From assembly GCF_001457615.1 (NCBI RefSeq), contig NZ_LN831024.1, positions 5,340,001 through 5,372,000 on the forward strand: a DNA stretch of 32,000 nt, in the 5' to 3' direction. The notes below the pieces were generated by a model. That model did no database searches. It was not told the origin of the DNA and saw only the letters and a program-made list of their open reading frames with translations. The position numbers and the translations under genes were made by a program. This document shows, piece after piece, positions 21,632-32,000 of the stretch (positions are counted from its first letter, which is position 1; each line of letters opens with the position of its first letter). This stretch comes from Pseudomonas aeruginosa (lineage in GTDB: Bacteria > Pseudomonadota > Gammaproteobacteria > Pseudomonadales > Pseudomonadaceae).

Positions 21632-23737
21632 TTACACGCCGGAAGCTTCGGCGGCAGCCACGTCCTTGATCGACAGCTTGATGCGGCCACGGTTGTCCAC
21701 GTCGAGCACCAGGACCTTCACTTCCTGGCCTTCCTGCAGCACGTCGGTGACCTTGTCGATGCGCTTGTCGCTGATCTGCGAGATATGCACCAGGCCGTCC
21801 TTGCCCGGCAGGATGTTGACGAAGGCACCGAAGTCGACGATGCGCTCCACCTTGCCGACGTAGATCTTGCCGATCTCGGCTTCCGCGGTGATCGCCAGGA
21901 CGCGCAGCTTGGCGGCCTCGGCGGCTTCCTTGGTTTCGCCGTAGATCTTCACGCTGCCATCGTCCTCGATGTCGATCGAGGCCTTGGTCTCTTCGCAGAT
22001 ACCACGGATGGTCGCGCCGCCCTTGCCGATGACGTCGCGGATCTTGTCCGAGTCGATCTTCATCTGCAGCATGGTCGGGGCGTTCTCGGACAGCTCGGCG
22101 CGAGGCTTGGCGATGACCTGGTTCATCTGGCCGAGGATGTTCAGGCGAGCTTCCAGGGCCTGGCCCAGGGCGATCTCCATGATCTCTTCGGTGATACCGT
22201 TGATCTTGATGTCCATCTGCAGGGCGGTGACGCCCTTGTCGGTACCGGCAACCTTGAAGTCCATGTCGCCCAGGTGGTCTTCGTCACCGAGGATGTCGGT
22301 CAGGACGGCGAACTTCTCGCCTTCCTTGACCAGGCCCATGGCGATACCGGCGACCGGCGCCTTGACCGGCACACCGGCATCCATCAGCGCCAGGGAGGCG
22401 CCGCACACGGAGGCCATCGAGCTGGAACCGTTGGACTCGGTGATCTCGGAAACCACGCGAATGGTGTAGGGGAACTCGTCCTGGGTCGGCAGCATGGCAG
22501 CGACGCCACGACGGGCCAGACGGCCATGGCCGATTTCACGACGACCCGGGCTGCCCATGCGGCCGCACTCGCCTACCGAGAAGGGCGGGAAGTTGTAGTG
22601 CAGCATGAAGGCGTCCTTGCGCTCGCCTTCCAGGGTATCCAGCAACTGGGCATCGCGCGCGGTGCCGAGGGTCGCGACGACCAGGGCCTGGGTTTCGCCA
22701 CGGGTGAACAGCGCGGAACCGTGGGTCTTGCCGAGCACGCCGACTTCGATGCGCAGCGGACGCACGGTACGGGTGTCACGACCGTCGATACGCGGCTTGC
22801 CGTTGACGATGTTCTCGCGAACGGTGCGGTATTCCAGCAGGCCGAATACGTCCTTGACCTCGGAAGCCGGGAACTTGCCCTCTTCCTCGCCGGCGAACAG
22901 GGCCACGGCCTGGTCGCGCAGCTCGCCCAGACGGTTGTAGCGGTCCTGCTTGATGGTGATGGTATAGGCCTGGGAGATCGCTTCGCCCAGCTCTGCCTTG
23001 ATGGCGTTGACCAGCACGGTGTTTTCCGCCGGGGCTTTCCAGTCCCAGGCCGGCTTGCCAGCTTCGGCGGCCAGCTCCTTGACGGCACGGATCACCGCCT
23101 GGAACTCGTCGTGGGCGAACAGCACGGCACCGAGCATCTGGTCTTCGGTCAGTTCGTCGGCCTCGGACTCCACCATCAGCACGGCGTCTTCGGTACCGGC
23201 CACGACCATGTCGAGGCTGGAACTCTGCAGTTGCTCGTAGGTGGGGTTGAGGATGTAGCCGATTTCCGGGTGGAAACCGACGCGGGCGGCGCCGATCGGG
23301 CCGCCGAACGGAATGCCGGAGATCGCCAGGGCGGCGGAGGTGCCGATCATCGCGGCGATGTCCGGATCGGACTTCTTGTTGGTGGAAACGACGGTGCAGA
23401 CGACCTGCACTTCATTCATGAAACCTTCGGGGAACAGCGGACGGATCGGACGGTCGATCAGGCGCGAGGTCAGGGTTTCCTTCTCGGAAGGACGTCCTTC
23501 ACGCTTGAAGAAACCACCGGGGATACGGCCTGCGGCGTAGGTCTTTTCCTGGTAGTGCACGGACAGCGGGAAGAAGTCGCGGCCTTCGGCCGGCGACTTG
23601 GCGCCGACCACGGTGACCAGCACGCTGACGTCGTCCATGGTGACCAGTACGGCGCCGGTGGCCTGGCGAGCGATACGGCCGGTCTCGAGAGTGACGGTCG
23701 ACTGACCGAACTGGAATTGCTTGGTTACCGGGTTCAC
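21632..23737 (-). CDS. pnp: Polyribonucleotide nucleotidyltransferase (PNPase)
   Basis: 701 aa; [71 protein letters not shown] and S1 domains ([15 protein letters not shown]; [28 protein letters not shown]). Confidence 0.98.
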   Translation of the reverse strand: MNPVTKQFQFGQSTVTLETGRIARQATGAVLVTMDDVSVLVTVVGAKSPAEGRDFFPLSVHYQEKTYAAGRIPGGFFKREGRPSEKETLTSRLIDRPIRPLFPEGFMNEVQVVCTVVSTNKKSDPDIAAMIGTSAALAISGIPFGGPIGAARVGFHPEIGYILNPTYEQLQSSSLDMVVAGTEDAVLMVESEADELTEDQMLGAVLFAHDEFQAVIRAVKELAAEAGKPAWDWKAPAENTVLVNAIKAELGEAISQAYTITIKQDRYNRLGELRDQAVALFAGEEEGKFPASEVKDVFGLLEYRTVRENIVNGKPRIDGRDTRTVRPLRIEVGVLGKTHGSALFTRGETQALVVATLGTARDAQLLDTLEGERKDAFMLHYNFPPFSVGECGRMGSPGRREIGHGRLARRGVAAMLPTQDEFPYTIRVVSEITESNGSSSMASVCGASLALMDAGVPVKAPVAGIAMGLVKEGEKFAVLTDILGDEDHLGDMDFKVAGTDKGVTALQMDIKINGITEEIMEIALGQALEARLNILGQMNQVIAKPRAELSENAPTMLQMKIDSDKIRDVIGKGGATIRGICEETKASIDIEDDGSVKIYGETKEAAEAAKLRVLAITAEAEIGKIYVGKVERIVDFGAFVNILPGKDGLVHISQISDKRIDKVTDVLQEGQEVKVLVLDVDNRGRIKLSIKDVAAAEASGV

Positions 23738-23818
23738 GGTGTCTTTACCTTCTATGTTGCCTTGGGGGAAATCGGTGGAATGCCGGGAGTCGGACCCGAA
23801 TCGATTCCTAGAAAGCGC

Positions 23819-23883
23819 GAAGCTGGAAGCCCGACGCCGATACCCGCCTCGTGTGCGGGTATCGACGCCAGACTTCCAGCTTC
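23819..23883 (-). promoter_or_regulatory. Long imperfect stem-loop in the rpsO-pnp intergenic region (rpsO terminator and/or pnp leader structure)
   Basis: gaagctggaag (23819-23829) pairs with cttccagcttc (23873-23883); cgatacccgc (23838-23847) pairs with gcgggtatcg (23855-23864). Confidence 0.7.
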
Positions 23884-23910
23884 TTGCTTCAAGCTGCCGA
23901 CCGGCGTCGC

Positions 23911-24180
23911 TTAGCGACGCAGACCCAGACGGCCGATCAGGGCAGTGTAGCGAGACACGTCTTTGCCCTTCAGGTAGTCCAGCAGCTTACGGCGCTGGTT
24001 AACCATACGGATCAGACCACGGCGGGAATGGTGATCCTTGCCGTTGGCCTTGAAGTGATCCTGCAGCTTGTTGATGTTGGCGGACAGCAGGGCTACCTGC
24101 ACTTCCGGGGAACCGGTGTCGCCTTCAGCTTGCTTGTATTCGTTAACGATCTGCGCTTTTTCTTCAACGCTCAGTGCCAT
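23911..24180 (-). CDS. rpsO: 30S ribosomal protein S15
   Basis: 89 aa, [74 protein letters not shown]. Confidence 0.98.
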
Positions 24181-24275
24181 GATGGGCTTCCTCTGAGTGA
24201 ACAGGCCGGGAATCGCTTCCCGTGTTTTAAAAGGAGGAATGACCGTGCCTGCTGACAGCCACCCTCGTATCGGTC

Positions 24276-25190
24276 TTATGACCGAATCAGTCGACGCGGG
24301 GCGATACGCCCGTCGTCGGTCACTTCACCGATACCGATGAAACGACCTGTGTGATCCTGCACCCGCAACCAGCCGAACTTCGGCGCTTCCGGGGCCCGCA
24401 CCGGCTGCCCGTGCAGCCAGTAGTACGCACTGTGCTCGGACAACTGCAACACCGGCCAATGCAACAGGCCGCTGTCTTCCGGCATCAGGAATTGGTCCAG
24501 CGCTTCCGGACCACCTTCGGCATGCACGCGTTCGAGCGTCTCGAGGGTGATCGCCTGGGCCAGGGCGAACGGCCCGGCCTGGGTCCGCCGCAGTGCCGCG
24601 ACGTGCGCGCCGCAGCCCAGGACCCGGCCAAGATCTTCCACCAGCGTACGCACGTAGGTGCCTTTGCTGCAGGAAACGGCCAGGGTCGCACAGGGCGGCT
24701 CGAAGGAGAGCAAATCCAGGCGCGTAATAGTAACAGAACGCGCCTCGCGCTCCACTACCTCTCCTGCACGGGCGAGCTTGTACAGCGGCTGTCCGTCTTT
24801 CTTCAGCGCCGAGTACATCGGCGGCACCTGCTCTATGTCGCCACGGAAGCGCGGCAGGGCCTGTTCGAGATCGTCCCGACCGACGGTCACGTCCCGCTCG
24901 GCGAGCAGTTCGCCCTCGGCGTCGCCGGTGGTGGTGGTGATGCCCATGCGCATCACCGTCTCGTAACCCTTGTCGGCATCGAGAAGATACTGGGAGAACT
25001 TGGTCGCCTCGCCGAAGCACAGCGGCAGCACCCCGGTGGCCAGTGGGTCGAGGCTGCCGGTGTGGCCGGCCTTCTCGGCATTGAGCAGCCAGCGGACTTT
25101 CTGCAGTGCCTGGTTGGAACTCATGCCGCGCGGCTTGTCGAGCACCAGGATGCCGCTGATGGAGCGGCGGATACGCTTCACCTGGGCCAC
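24276..25190 (-). CDS. truB: tRNA pseudouridine(55) synthase TruB (GTG start)
   Basis: 304 aa from GTG 25190: (V)[65 protein letters not shown]. Start overlaps the rbfA end region; the longer ORF in the track is an artefact extending into rbfA. Confidence 0.96.
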
Positions 25191-25192
25191 GC

Positions 25193-25585
25193 TCAGTCCT
25201 CGGTCTCGTCGTCGCCGTGGCGGCGGCCGTCTTCGGCCACCGCACGCTCGATCAGCGCCGACAGCTCGGCGCCGCGGCGGATGCTTTCGTCGTAGTGGAA
25301 ATGCAGTTGCGGCACGCTGCGCAGCTTCATCGACTTGCCCAGCAGCATGCGCAGGTAGCCGGCGGCGTCGTTGAGGATTTCCATGTTCAGGGCGATCTTG
25401 CCGGCATCGTCCTGGCCCATGACGGTGATGAACACCTTGGCGTGCGCCACGTCGCGGCTGACCTCGACACCGGTGATGGTGACCAGGCCCAGGCGCGGGT
25501 CCTTGATCTCGCGCTGGATCAGTTGAGCCAGTTCGCGTTGCATCTGATCGCCGATACGCTGGGTACGGCTGTAGTCTTTTGCCAT
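25193..25585 (-). CDS. rbfA: 30S ribosome-binding factor A
   Basis: 130 aa, [57 protein letters not shown]. Confidence 0.97.
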   Translation of the reverse strand: MAKDYSRTQRIGDQMQRELAQLIQREIKDPRLGLVTITGVEVSRDVAHAKVFITVMGQDDAGKIALNMEILNDAAGYLRMLLGKSMKLRSVPQLHFHYDESIRRGAELSALIERAVAEDGRRHGDDETED

Positions 25586-25615
25586 TTTTCAACCTGCCTC
25601 CAGCGACACCCGGTC

Positions 25616-25667
25616 ACTGGAAAAAAAAGCGACAAACGCCCGGGACAGCTGGAAGCCGGCCCGGGCG
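25616..25667 (-). terminator. Intrinsic terminator/attenuator between infB and rbfA
   Basis: Minus strand: cgcccggg ... cccgggcg stem followed by tttgtcgc and an eight-T run. Confidence 0.72.
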
Positions 25668-25687
25668 CTGTGGTTACGCACTCGCCA

Positions 25688-28210
25688 TCAAAGGCTGCGT
25701 GCGACTTCGACCTTCTCGAACACTTCGATCTTGTCGCCGACCTTGACGTCGTTGTAGCTCTTCACGCCGATGCCACACTCCATGCCGGCACGCACTTCGG
25801 CGACGTCGTCCTTGAAGCGACGGAGAGACTCCAGCTCGCCTTCGAAGATGACCACGTCGTCGCGCAGCACGCGGATCGGACGGTTGCGGTGCACCATGCC
25901 CTCGGTGACCATGCAGCCGGCGATCGCGCCGAACTTCGGCGAGCGGAACACGTCGCGCACCTCGGCGATGCCCAGGATGTTCTCCCGCAGATCGCTGCCG
26001 AGCATGCCGGTCAGGGCCTTCTTGACGTCCTCGATGATGTCGTAGATCACGTTGTAGTAACGCATATCCAGACCTTCGGCTTCGACGATCTTGCGCGCGC
26101 CGGCGTCGGCACGCACGTTGAAGCCGAACAGCACCGCGTTGGAAGCCAGCGCCAGGTTGGCGTCGGACTCGGTGATGCCACCGACGCCGCCACCGACCAC
26201 GCGGACCTGCACTTCGTCGTTGCCCAGGCCGCTGAGCGAGCCTTGCAGAGCCTCGAGCGAACCGCGCACATCGGCCTTGAGGACGATGTTCAGGGTCTTC
26301 TTCTCTTCCTGGCCCATGTTCTCGAAGATGTTTTCCAGCTTGCCGGCATGGGCACGCGCCAGTTTCACCTCACGGAACTTGCCTTGACGGAACAGGGCGA
26401 CTTCGCGGGCCTTCTTCTCGTCGGCGACCACGGTCATCTCGTCACCGGCATCCGGCGTACCGTCCAGGCCGAGGATCTCGACCGGGATCGACGGGCCGGC
26501 TTCCTTGATCGGCTTGCCGTTCTCGTCGAGCATGGCGCGGACACGACCGTAGTTGATGCCGACCAGCACCATGTCGCCCTGGCGCAGGGTACCGTCCTGG
26601 ACCAGCACGGTGGCCACCGGGCCGCGTCCCTTGTCCAGGCGCGACTCGACCACCACGCCACGGCCCGGGGCCGACGGAGTGGCTTTCAGTTCGAGCACTT
26701 CCGCCTGCAGCAGGACCGCTTCGAGCAGTTCATCGACGCCAGTACCGAGCTTCGCCGAAACCGGGACGAAGGGAGCGTCGCCGCCCCACTCTTCCGGGAT
26801 CACGTCGAGAGCGGCCAGGCCGTTCTTGATGTTGTCCGGGTTGGCCTCGGGCTTGTCGATCTTGTTCACCGCGACCACGATCGGCACGCCCGCCGCTTTC
26901 GCGTGCTGCACGGCTTCCTGGGTCTGAGGCATGACACCGTCGTCGGCCGCGACCACCAGGATCACGATGTCGGTCGCCTGGGCGCCACGGGCACGCATCG
27001 CGGTGAACGCGGCGTGGCCGGGGGTATCCAGGAAGGTCACCATGCCACGCTCGGTTTCGACGTGGTAGGCACCGATATGCTGGGTGATGCCACCGGCCTC
27101 GCCCGCGGCGACCTTGGCGCGACGGATGTAGTCGAGCAGCGAGGTCTTGCCGTGGTCGACGTGGCCCATGACGGTGACGACCGGCGCGCGGGTGACCGCC
27201 TCGCCTTCGAACTTCAGGGACTCGGCCAGTTGTTCTTCCAGCGCGTTCTCGCTGACCAGCTTGACCTTGTGGCCCAGCTCTTCGGCGACCAGTTGGGCGG
27301 TCTCCTGGTCCAGGACCTGGTTGATGGTCACCGGGGAGCCCATCTTGAACATGAACTTGACGACTTCGGCACCCTTGACCGACATCTGGGCGGCCAACTC
27401 GGCTACGGTGATGGTCTCACCGATGTTCACTTCACGCACGATCGGTCCTGTCGGGTTCTGGAACCCGTGCTGGTTGCGCTTCTTCAGCTTCGACTTGCCA
27501 CCACGACCGCCGCGACGGTAACCATCGCTTTCCTCGTCGGTGCTGCGTGGAGCCACGCGCGGAGCAGGAACCTTTTCCTTCTCCTTGACCGAGGGACGGT
27601 GCTGGGTGTGCTTGCGGTCGCGGCGGTCATCGTCCTCGTCACGCTTGGGCACGCGGCGCGGCTCTTCCTTCTTGCGCTCTTCCACGGCGGCAGGCTTGGC
27701 CACTGGTTCGGCAACCGCGACATCCGCCACCACGGCAGGCTCGGCACCGGCAGTAGCCGCTGCTTCCTGGGCAGCCTTGGCACGCGCAGCTTCCTCGGCC
27801 TTGCGCGCTTCCTCTTCGGCACGCTGGCGGGCAGCGGCCTCTTCGGCCTTCAGACGCTCCGCCTCTTCCGCCGCGCGCTGCTCCTCGAGTTCGCGCTGGC
27901 GCTCGGCCTCGATCTCGTCGGGGCTGCGCTTGACATAGGTTTTCTTCTTGCGAACTTCGACGCTCACCGTCTTGCTGCCACCCACTTTCAGCGTGGTAGT
28001 GGTCTTGCGTTGCAGGGTGATCTTGCGCGGCTCGCTGGCGCGATCGCCATGGCTGCCTTTCAGGTGGGTCAGCAGGGCTTGCTTCTCGCTATCCGTTACA
28101 ACTTGTTCGGCACTGGTGTGCGGCAGACCTGCGTCACGCATCTGCAGCAGCAGGCGCTCCACCGGTGTGTCGACCACCTGGGCCAGTTCTTTCACCGTGA
28201 CTTGCGTCAT
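25688..28210 (-). CDS. infB: Translation initiation factor IF-2
   Basis: 840 aa; N-terminal charged region, G-domain [36 protein letters not shown]. Confidence 0.98.
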   Translation of the reverse strand: MTQVTVKELAQVVDTPVERLLLQMRDAGLPHTSAEQVVTDSEKQALLTHLKGSHGDRASEPRKITLQRKTTTTLKVGGSKTVSVEVRKKKTYVKRSPDEIEAERQRELEEQRAAEEAERLKAEEAAARQRAEEEARKAEEAARAKAAQEAAATAGAEPAVVADVAVAEPVAKPAAVEERKKEEPRRVPKRDEDDDRRDRKHTQHRPSVKEKEKVPAPRVAPRSTDEESDGYRRGGRGGKSKLKKRNQHGFQNPTGPIVREVNIGETITVAELAAQMSVKGAEVVKFMFKMGSPVTINQVLDQETAQLVAEELGHKVKLVSENALEEQLAESLKFEGEAVTRAPVVTVMGHVDHGKTSLLDYIRRAKVAAGEAGGITQHIGAYHVETERGMVTFLDTPGHAAFTAMRARGAQATDIVILVVAADDGVMPQTQEAVQHAKAAGVPIVVAVNKIDKPEANPDNIKNGLAALDVIPEEWGGDAPFVPVSAKLGTGVDELLEAVLLQAEVLELKATPSAPGRGVVVESRLDKGRGPVATVLVQDGTLRQGDMVLVGINYGRVRAMLDENGKPIKEAGPSIPVEILGLDGTPDAGDEMTVVADEKKAREVALFRQGKFREVKLARAHAGKLENIFENMGQEEKKTLNIVLKADVRGSLEALQGSLSGLGNDEVQVRVVGGGVGGITESDANLALASNAVLFGFNVRADAGARKIVEAEGLDMRYYNVIYDIIEDVKKALTGMLGSDLRENILGIAEVRDVFRSPKFGAIAGCMVTEGMVHRNRPIRVLRDDVVIFEGELESLRRFKDDVAEVRAGMECGIGVKSYNDVKVGDKIEVFEKVEVARSL

Positions 28211-28237
28211 GCACTTCTCTCCTCAGGCCGCGACTGC

Positions 28238-29719
28238 TTACTCGAACCAATGGGCCCGGGCGGCCATGATCAACTTGCCGGCACGCTCTTCGTCCATGCC
28301 GTCGATGTCGAGCAGATCGTCGATCGATTGCTCGGCCAGATCTTCACGGGTGGTTACGCCACGCAGCGCCAGGTCCAGGGCCAGCTCCTTGCTCATGCCA
28401 TCGAGGCTGAGCAGGTCTTCTGCCGGTTGTGCGTCGGCGAGCTTCTCTTCGGTCGCAATGGCCTTGGTCAGCAGGCGATCCTTGGCACGGGAGCGCAGCT
28501 CGTTGACGATGTCTTCGTCGAAGCCATCGATGCTGAGCATCTCTTCCATCGGTACGTAGGCGATTTCCTCAAGAGTCGTGAAGCCCTCTTCCACCAGTAC
28601 CTGGGCCAGTTCCTCGTCGACATCCAGCTCGTCGACGAAGCGCTGCAGGATATCCCCGGTCTCGGCCTGTTGCTTGGCCTGGATATCCGCCTCGGTCATC
28701 ACATTCAGGGTCCAGCCGGTCAACTGGCTGGCCAGACGGACGTTCTGGCCACTGCGGCCGATAGCCTGCGCCAGATTGTCCTCGGCGACGGCGATATCCA
28801 TGGTATGGGTATCCTCGTCGACGATGATCGCCGCCACCTCGGCCGGAGCCATGGCGTTGATCACGAATTGCGCCGGGTTGTCGTCCCACAGGACGATGTC
28901 CACCCGCTCTCCACCGATCTCGCCGGATACCGCCTGGACGCGCGAACCGCGCATGCCGATGCAGGCGCCCTGCGGGTCGATGCGCTTGTCCTTGGAACGA
29001 ACGGCGATCTTGGCGCGCGAGCCCGGGTCACGGGCGGCGGCCATCACGTCGATCAACTGCTCGGCGATTTCCGGTACTTCGATGCGGAACAGCTCGATCA
29101 GCATTTCCGGCGCGGTACGCGACAGGACCAGTTGAGGACCGCGGTTCTCGGTACGGATCTCCTTCAGCAGGGCACGCACGCGGGTGCCAACGCGGAAGGT
29201 CTCGCGCGGAATGATCTGGTCGCGGGCCAGCAGCGCCTCGGCGTTGTTGCCGAGATCGACGATGACGTTGTCGCGGGTGACCTTCTTCACGGTACCGGAA
29301 ATGATCTCGCCGACCTTCTCGCGGTAGGCATCGACCACCTGGGCGCGCTCGGCCTCGCGGACCTTCTGCACGATGACCTGCTTGGCAGTCTGCGCAGCGA
29401 TGCGGCCGAACTCGATGGATTCGATCTTTTCTTCGATGACCTCGCCGACCTTCGCGCCCGGCTTCTGCTCCTGGACGTCCTCGACGGTGATCTCGGTGGC
29501 GGGGTCCTGGTAGTCCTCGTCGGCGACGACGTGCCAACGACGGAAAGTCTCGTAGCTGCCGTTATGACGATTGATCTCGACGCGCAGGTCGACCTCGTCC
29601 TCGAAACGTTTCTTGGTGGCGGTCGCCAGAGCCAGCTCCAGCGCCTCGAAAATCACGCCGGCCGGTACGCCCTTTTCGTTGGATACCGACTCAACAACCA
29701 GCAGTACTTCTTTGCTCAT
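28238..29719 (-). CDS. nusA: Transcription termination/antitermination protein NusA
   Basis: 493 aa; [40 protein letters not shown]1/KH domains ([25 protein letters not shown]), C-terminal acidic repeats. Confidence 0.98.
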   Translation of the reverse strand: MSKEVLLVVESVSNEKGVPAGVIFEALELALATATKKRFEDEVDLRVEINRHNGSYETFRRWHVVADEDYQDPATEITVEDVQEQKPGAKVGEVIEEKIESIEFGRIAAQTAKQVIVQKVREAERAQVVDAYREKVGEIISGTVKKVTRDNVIVDLGNNAEALLARDQIIPRETFRVGTRVRALLKEIRTENRGPQLVLSRTAPEMLIELFRIEVPEIAEQLIDVMAAARDPGSRAKIAVRSKDKRIDPQGACIGMRGSRVQAVSGEIGGERVDIVLWDDNPAQFVINAMAPAEVAAIIVDEDTHTMDIAVAEDNLAQAIGRSGQNVRLASQLTGWTLNVMTEADIQAKQQAETGDILQRFVDELDVDEELAQVLVEEGFTTLEEIAYVPMEEMLSIDGFDEDIVNELRSRAKDRLLTKAIATEEKLADAQPAEDLLSLDGMSKELALDLALRGVTTREDLAEQSIDDLLDIDGMDEERAGKLIMAARAHWFE

Positions 29720-29763
29720 TGTACGCCTCGCCTTTCAATCCATTGGATCCGCGGATTCGCGTC

Positions 29764-30222
29764 TCAATCAAAACGGGGAATGATGTTGGCCTTGTCGATC
29801 GAATCGATCGGCAGCAGGTACTCGTGATCGTCCACCAGGACCACCACATCCTGCTCCTCCACACCACGGAGAATGCCTTGGTAGTTACGCCGCCCCTCAT
29901 AGGGCGAACGCAGCCTGATCTTCACTTGCTCGCCGGCATGCTTGGCGAACTGTTCGAGGGTGAACAGCGGCCGATCCATGCCCGGAGAGGACACCTCCAG
30001 GGTGTACTCGCCGCTGATCGGGTCTTCGACGTCGAGAATACCGCTGACCTGCCGACTGACGGCTTCACAGTCATCGATGAGGATGCCTTCGGGGCGGTCG
30101 ATATAGACGCGCAACACCGAATGACGACCCTGGGAAATGAACTCGACGCCCCAGCACTCATAGCCGAGCGCCTCGACCACAGGGGCCAGCAAGGCCTGCA
30201 ACTGTTCTAGCTTGCTCGACAC
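29764..30222 (-). CDS. rimP: Ribosome maturation factor RimP (GTG start)
   Basis: 152 aa from GTG 30222: (V)[86 protein letters not shown]; directly precedes nusA. Confidence 0.95.
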   Translation of the reverse strand: MSSKLEQLQALLAPVVEALGYECWGVEFISQGRHSVLRVYIDRPEGILIDDCEAVSRQVSGILDVEDPISGEYTLEVSSPGMDRPLFTLEQFAKHAGEQVKIRLRSPYEGRRNYQGILRGVEEQDVVVLVDDHEYLLPIDSIDKANIIPRFD

Positions 30223-30315
30223 CTGATCGCCTCGCGTATGTCGTAGAAACAAAAAATGGGCGAAACGCCCATCCCTAAATTGCCACTCGGAACCGTGGCA
30301 TGGACTGTCCAGCTA

Positions 30316-30340
30316 ACAAAAAGCCCCTAAAAAGGGGCCC
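30316..30340 (-). terminator. Terminator after tRNA-fMet
   Basis: Minus strand: gcccc-tttttA-ggggc followed by tttttgtt. Confidence 0.7.
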
Positions 30341-30348
30341 TGAAAAAC

Positions 30349-30425
<77 letters not shown>

Positions 30426-30487
30426 TCAAAGCTGGTGCAAGATTATACGACCGACACCCTGATGGGTCAACCGAACCTTGCAGAGAC

Positions 30488-30510
30488 AAACCCCGCAGGA
30501 CGGGGCTTGC
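30488..30510 (-). terminator. Possible terminator between tRNA-Leu and tRNA-fMet
   Basis: Minus strand: ccccg-tcctg-cggggtttgtct. Confidence 0.5.
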
Positions 30511-30515
30511 TTATA

Positions 30516-30601
30516 TGGTACCGAGGAGGGGACTCGAACCCCTACAGCCTATGGCCACTACCACCTCAAGGTAGCGTGTCTACCAATTCCACCACCTCGG
30601 C
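30516..30601 (-). tRNA. tRNA-Leu (GAG)
   Basis: Minus strand GCCGAGGTGGTGGAATTGGTAGACACGCTACCTTGAGGTGGTAGTGGCCATAGGCTGTAGGGGTTCGAGTCCCCTCCTCGGTACCA; anticodon loop CTTGAGG, long variable arm, encoded CCA; 86 nt. Confidence 0.95.
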
Positions 30602-30614
30602 AGAAACCTTTCTC

Positions 30615-31004
30615 TTACTTCTGTTCAGGAGCCGCCGGTACATCGCCTGCACTTTCCGCAGGCTTGGACTGCTCCTGAAGAACCGGCACATCGTCAGCGG
30701 CCGGTGCTTTCTCTTGCTTCTGCTCCAGAACTGCCGGATCCGGCAGCCCGATGTGTTGCAGAGCATCAGACTTTTCTTTAGCGAAGTACGCTAAGCCAAG
30801 GCTGGTCAAGAAAAAAACCGCTGCCAGTATACCAGTAATCCGACTCAAAAAGGTAGCGGAACCTTGGCTTCCGAAAACAGTTGCCGAAGCACCTGCACCG
30901 AAAGAAGCCCCTGCATCCGCACCCTTGCCATGCTGAACGAGGATCAGGCCAACAAGACCCAATGCCATCAGCAGGTGCACGACAATTACGACCTTTTCCA
31001 GCAT
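30615..31004 (-). CDS. secG: Preprotein translocase subunit SecG
   Basis: 129 aa; [73 protein letters not shown]. Confidence 0.97.
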   Translation of the reverse strand: MLEKVVIVVHLLMALGLVGLILVQHGKGADAGASFGAGASATVFGSQGSATFLSRITGILAAVFFLTSLGLAYFAKEKSDALQHIGLPDPAVLEQKQEKAPAADDVPVLQEQSKPAESAGDVPAAPEQK

Positions 31005-31006
31005 CT

Positions 31007-31762
31007 TCAGCTTCCCGCGGCACGACAGATCGCGCCGAACTCATCCGCATTGAGGGAGGCTCCACCTACCAGCCCCCCATCGATATCCGGCATGCCGAAC
31101 AACTCGGCTGCACTTGCCGCCTTTACACTGCCGCCGTAAAGGAGTCGCACACCTTTTGCGACCTCGGCATTTTCCGCTGCCAGTTGCGCGCGGATCGCCG
31201 CGTGCACTTCCTGGGCTTGCGCGGGGGACGCGGTCAACCCGGTCCCGATCGCCCAGACCGGCTCGTAAGCCACGACTGCGCGAGCAAAAGCTCCAACACC
31301 CAACTCGTCGATCACGCTTCCCAGCTGCCTTGCGACAACCTCCAGCGTCTTGCCCGCCTCGCGCTCCGCCCGGGTCTCCCCGACACACAGCACCGGCACC
31401 AGGCCGCACGACTGAGCCGCGGCAAACTTGCGACTCACAACCTCGTCACTCTCGCCGAGAATCAGGCGACGCTCCGAGTGGCCCACGAGGACCATGCTAC
31501 AACCGACATCCGCCAACTGACTGGGAGCAGTCTCACCGGTCAGCGCGCCTTGCATCGGCTCGACGGCGCTGTTCTGCGCACCTACATCGATCGCCTTGCC
31601 GGCCAGGCCCTGGATGACCTGACTGATGAACAAGCAAGGTGGCATCACAGCTACATCGACTCCGCTCGGCAACGCCAGCTGACGCAAGCCTTTGATCAAC
31701 TCGGCCACACTGGAATGCGTACCGTGCATTTTCCAGTTACCGGCCACCAAGGGTCGACGCAT
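31007..31762 (-). CDS. tpiA: Triosephosphate isomerase
   Basis: 251 aa; [69 protein letters not shown]. Confidence 0.98.
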   Translation of the reverse strand: MRRPLVAGNWKMHGTHSSVAELIKGLRQLALPSGVDVAVMPPCLFISQVIQGLAGKAIDVGAQNSAVEPMQGALTGETAPSQLADVGCSMVLVGHSERRLILGESDEVVSRKFAAAQSCGLVPVLCVGETRAEREAGKTLEVVARQLGSVIDELGVGAFARAVVAYEPVWAIGTGLTASPAQAQEVHAAIRAQLAAENAEVAKGVRLLYGGSVKAASAAELFGMPDIDGGLVGGASLNADEFGAICRAAGS

Positions 31763-31827
31763 GCTGTACCTCGCGGGGCAAAGTGGGCGCAGATGTTACT
31801 CAACAGTTTCCAGACTGGCAAGCAAAA

Positions 31828-32000
31828 TCAAGCACATACCTCAGAAACAATTTTTGCCAGCTGTTCGGCGTGGGCACGAACGCTAGCTTCCTCGTCGCCC
31901 TCGACCATCACCCGGACCAACGGCTCTGTGCCGGATTTGCGCAGCAGGACACGGCCGCGCCCGCCCATTTGCTCGGTGACGCGGACGCTGGCCTCCTTCA
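31828..32000 (-). CDS. glmM: Phosphoglucosamine mutase, C-terminal part (runs off the right edge)
   Basis: Minus-strand translation [56 protein letters not shown]; [15 protein letters not shown] is the phosphohexomutase phosphate-binding loop; position next to tpiA is consistent. Confidence 0.9.
   Translation of the reverse strand, partial: KEASVRVTEQMGGRGRVLLRKSGTEPLVRVMVEGDEEASVRAHAEQLAKIVSEVCA

Noticed and set aside
21512-23914. 800-aa plus-strand ORF antisense to pnp
   Set aside because: Antisense to an unambiguous PNPase gene; no domain recognised.
24276-25592. 438-aa version of the truB ORF
   Set aside because: The extra N-terminal portion is an out-of-frame reading of rbfA; the real TruB start is GTG at 25190.

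Overview
The 32 kb window has the gene content and order of the Pseudomonas aeruginosa core chromosome (the dksA-cbrAB-pan-pgi-acs-pnp-infB-nusA-tpiA-glmM region). This assignment comes from gene order and protein motifs recognised by eye; no database search was run. Left to right, plus strand unless noted: aminotransferase N-terminus (-), dksA, gluQ-RS, a small membrane ORF overlapping cbrA, cbrA, cbrB, the sRNA crcZ with its sigma54 promoter, pcnB, folK, panB, panC, panD, pgi, acetyl-CoA synthetase, a DUF2236-like gene, a DUF748/AsmA-like gene split by a frameshift, and two tandem DUF2845-like genes. The remainder is on the minus strand: CsbD-like and BON-domain genes, then the translation/RNA operon pnp, rpsO, truB, rbfA, infB, nusA, rimP, tRNA-fMet, tRNA-Leu, secG, tpiA, and the glmM C-terminus. 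I found no mobile element, CRISPR array, phage or defence island, and no clear new multi-gene system. The best second-look items are: a single-base frameshift in the DUF748-like gene inside a low-complexity linker; a near-consensus sigma54 promoter upstream of the BON-domain gene; a CA-rich Hfq/Crc-type motif at the acs ribosome-binding region, in the same window as the antagonist RNA crcZ; the enhancer/terminator/promoter nesting at cbrB-crcZ; and tandem DUF2845 genes that appear to use TTG starts. All coordinates were read by hand.
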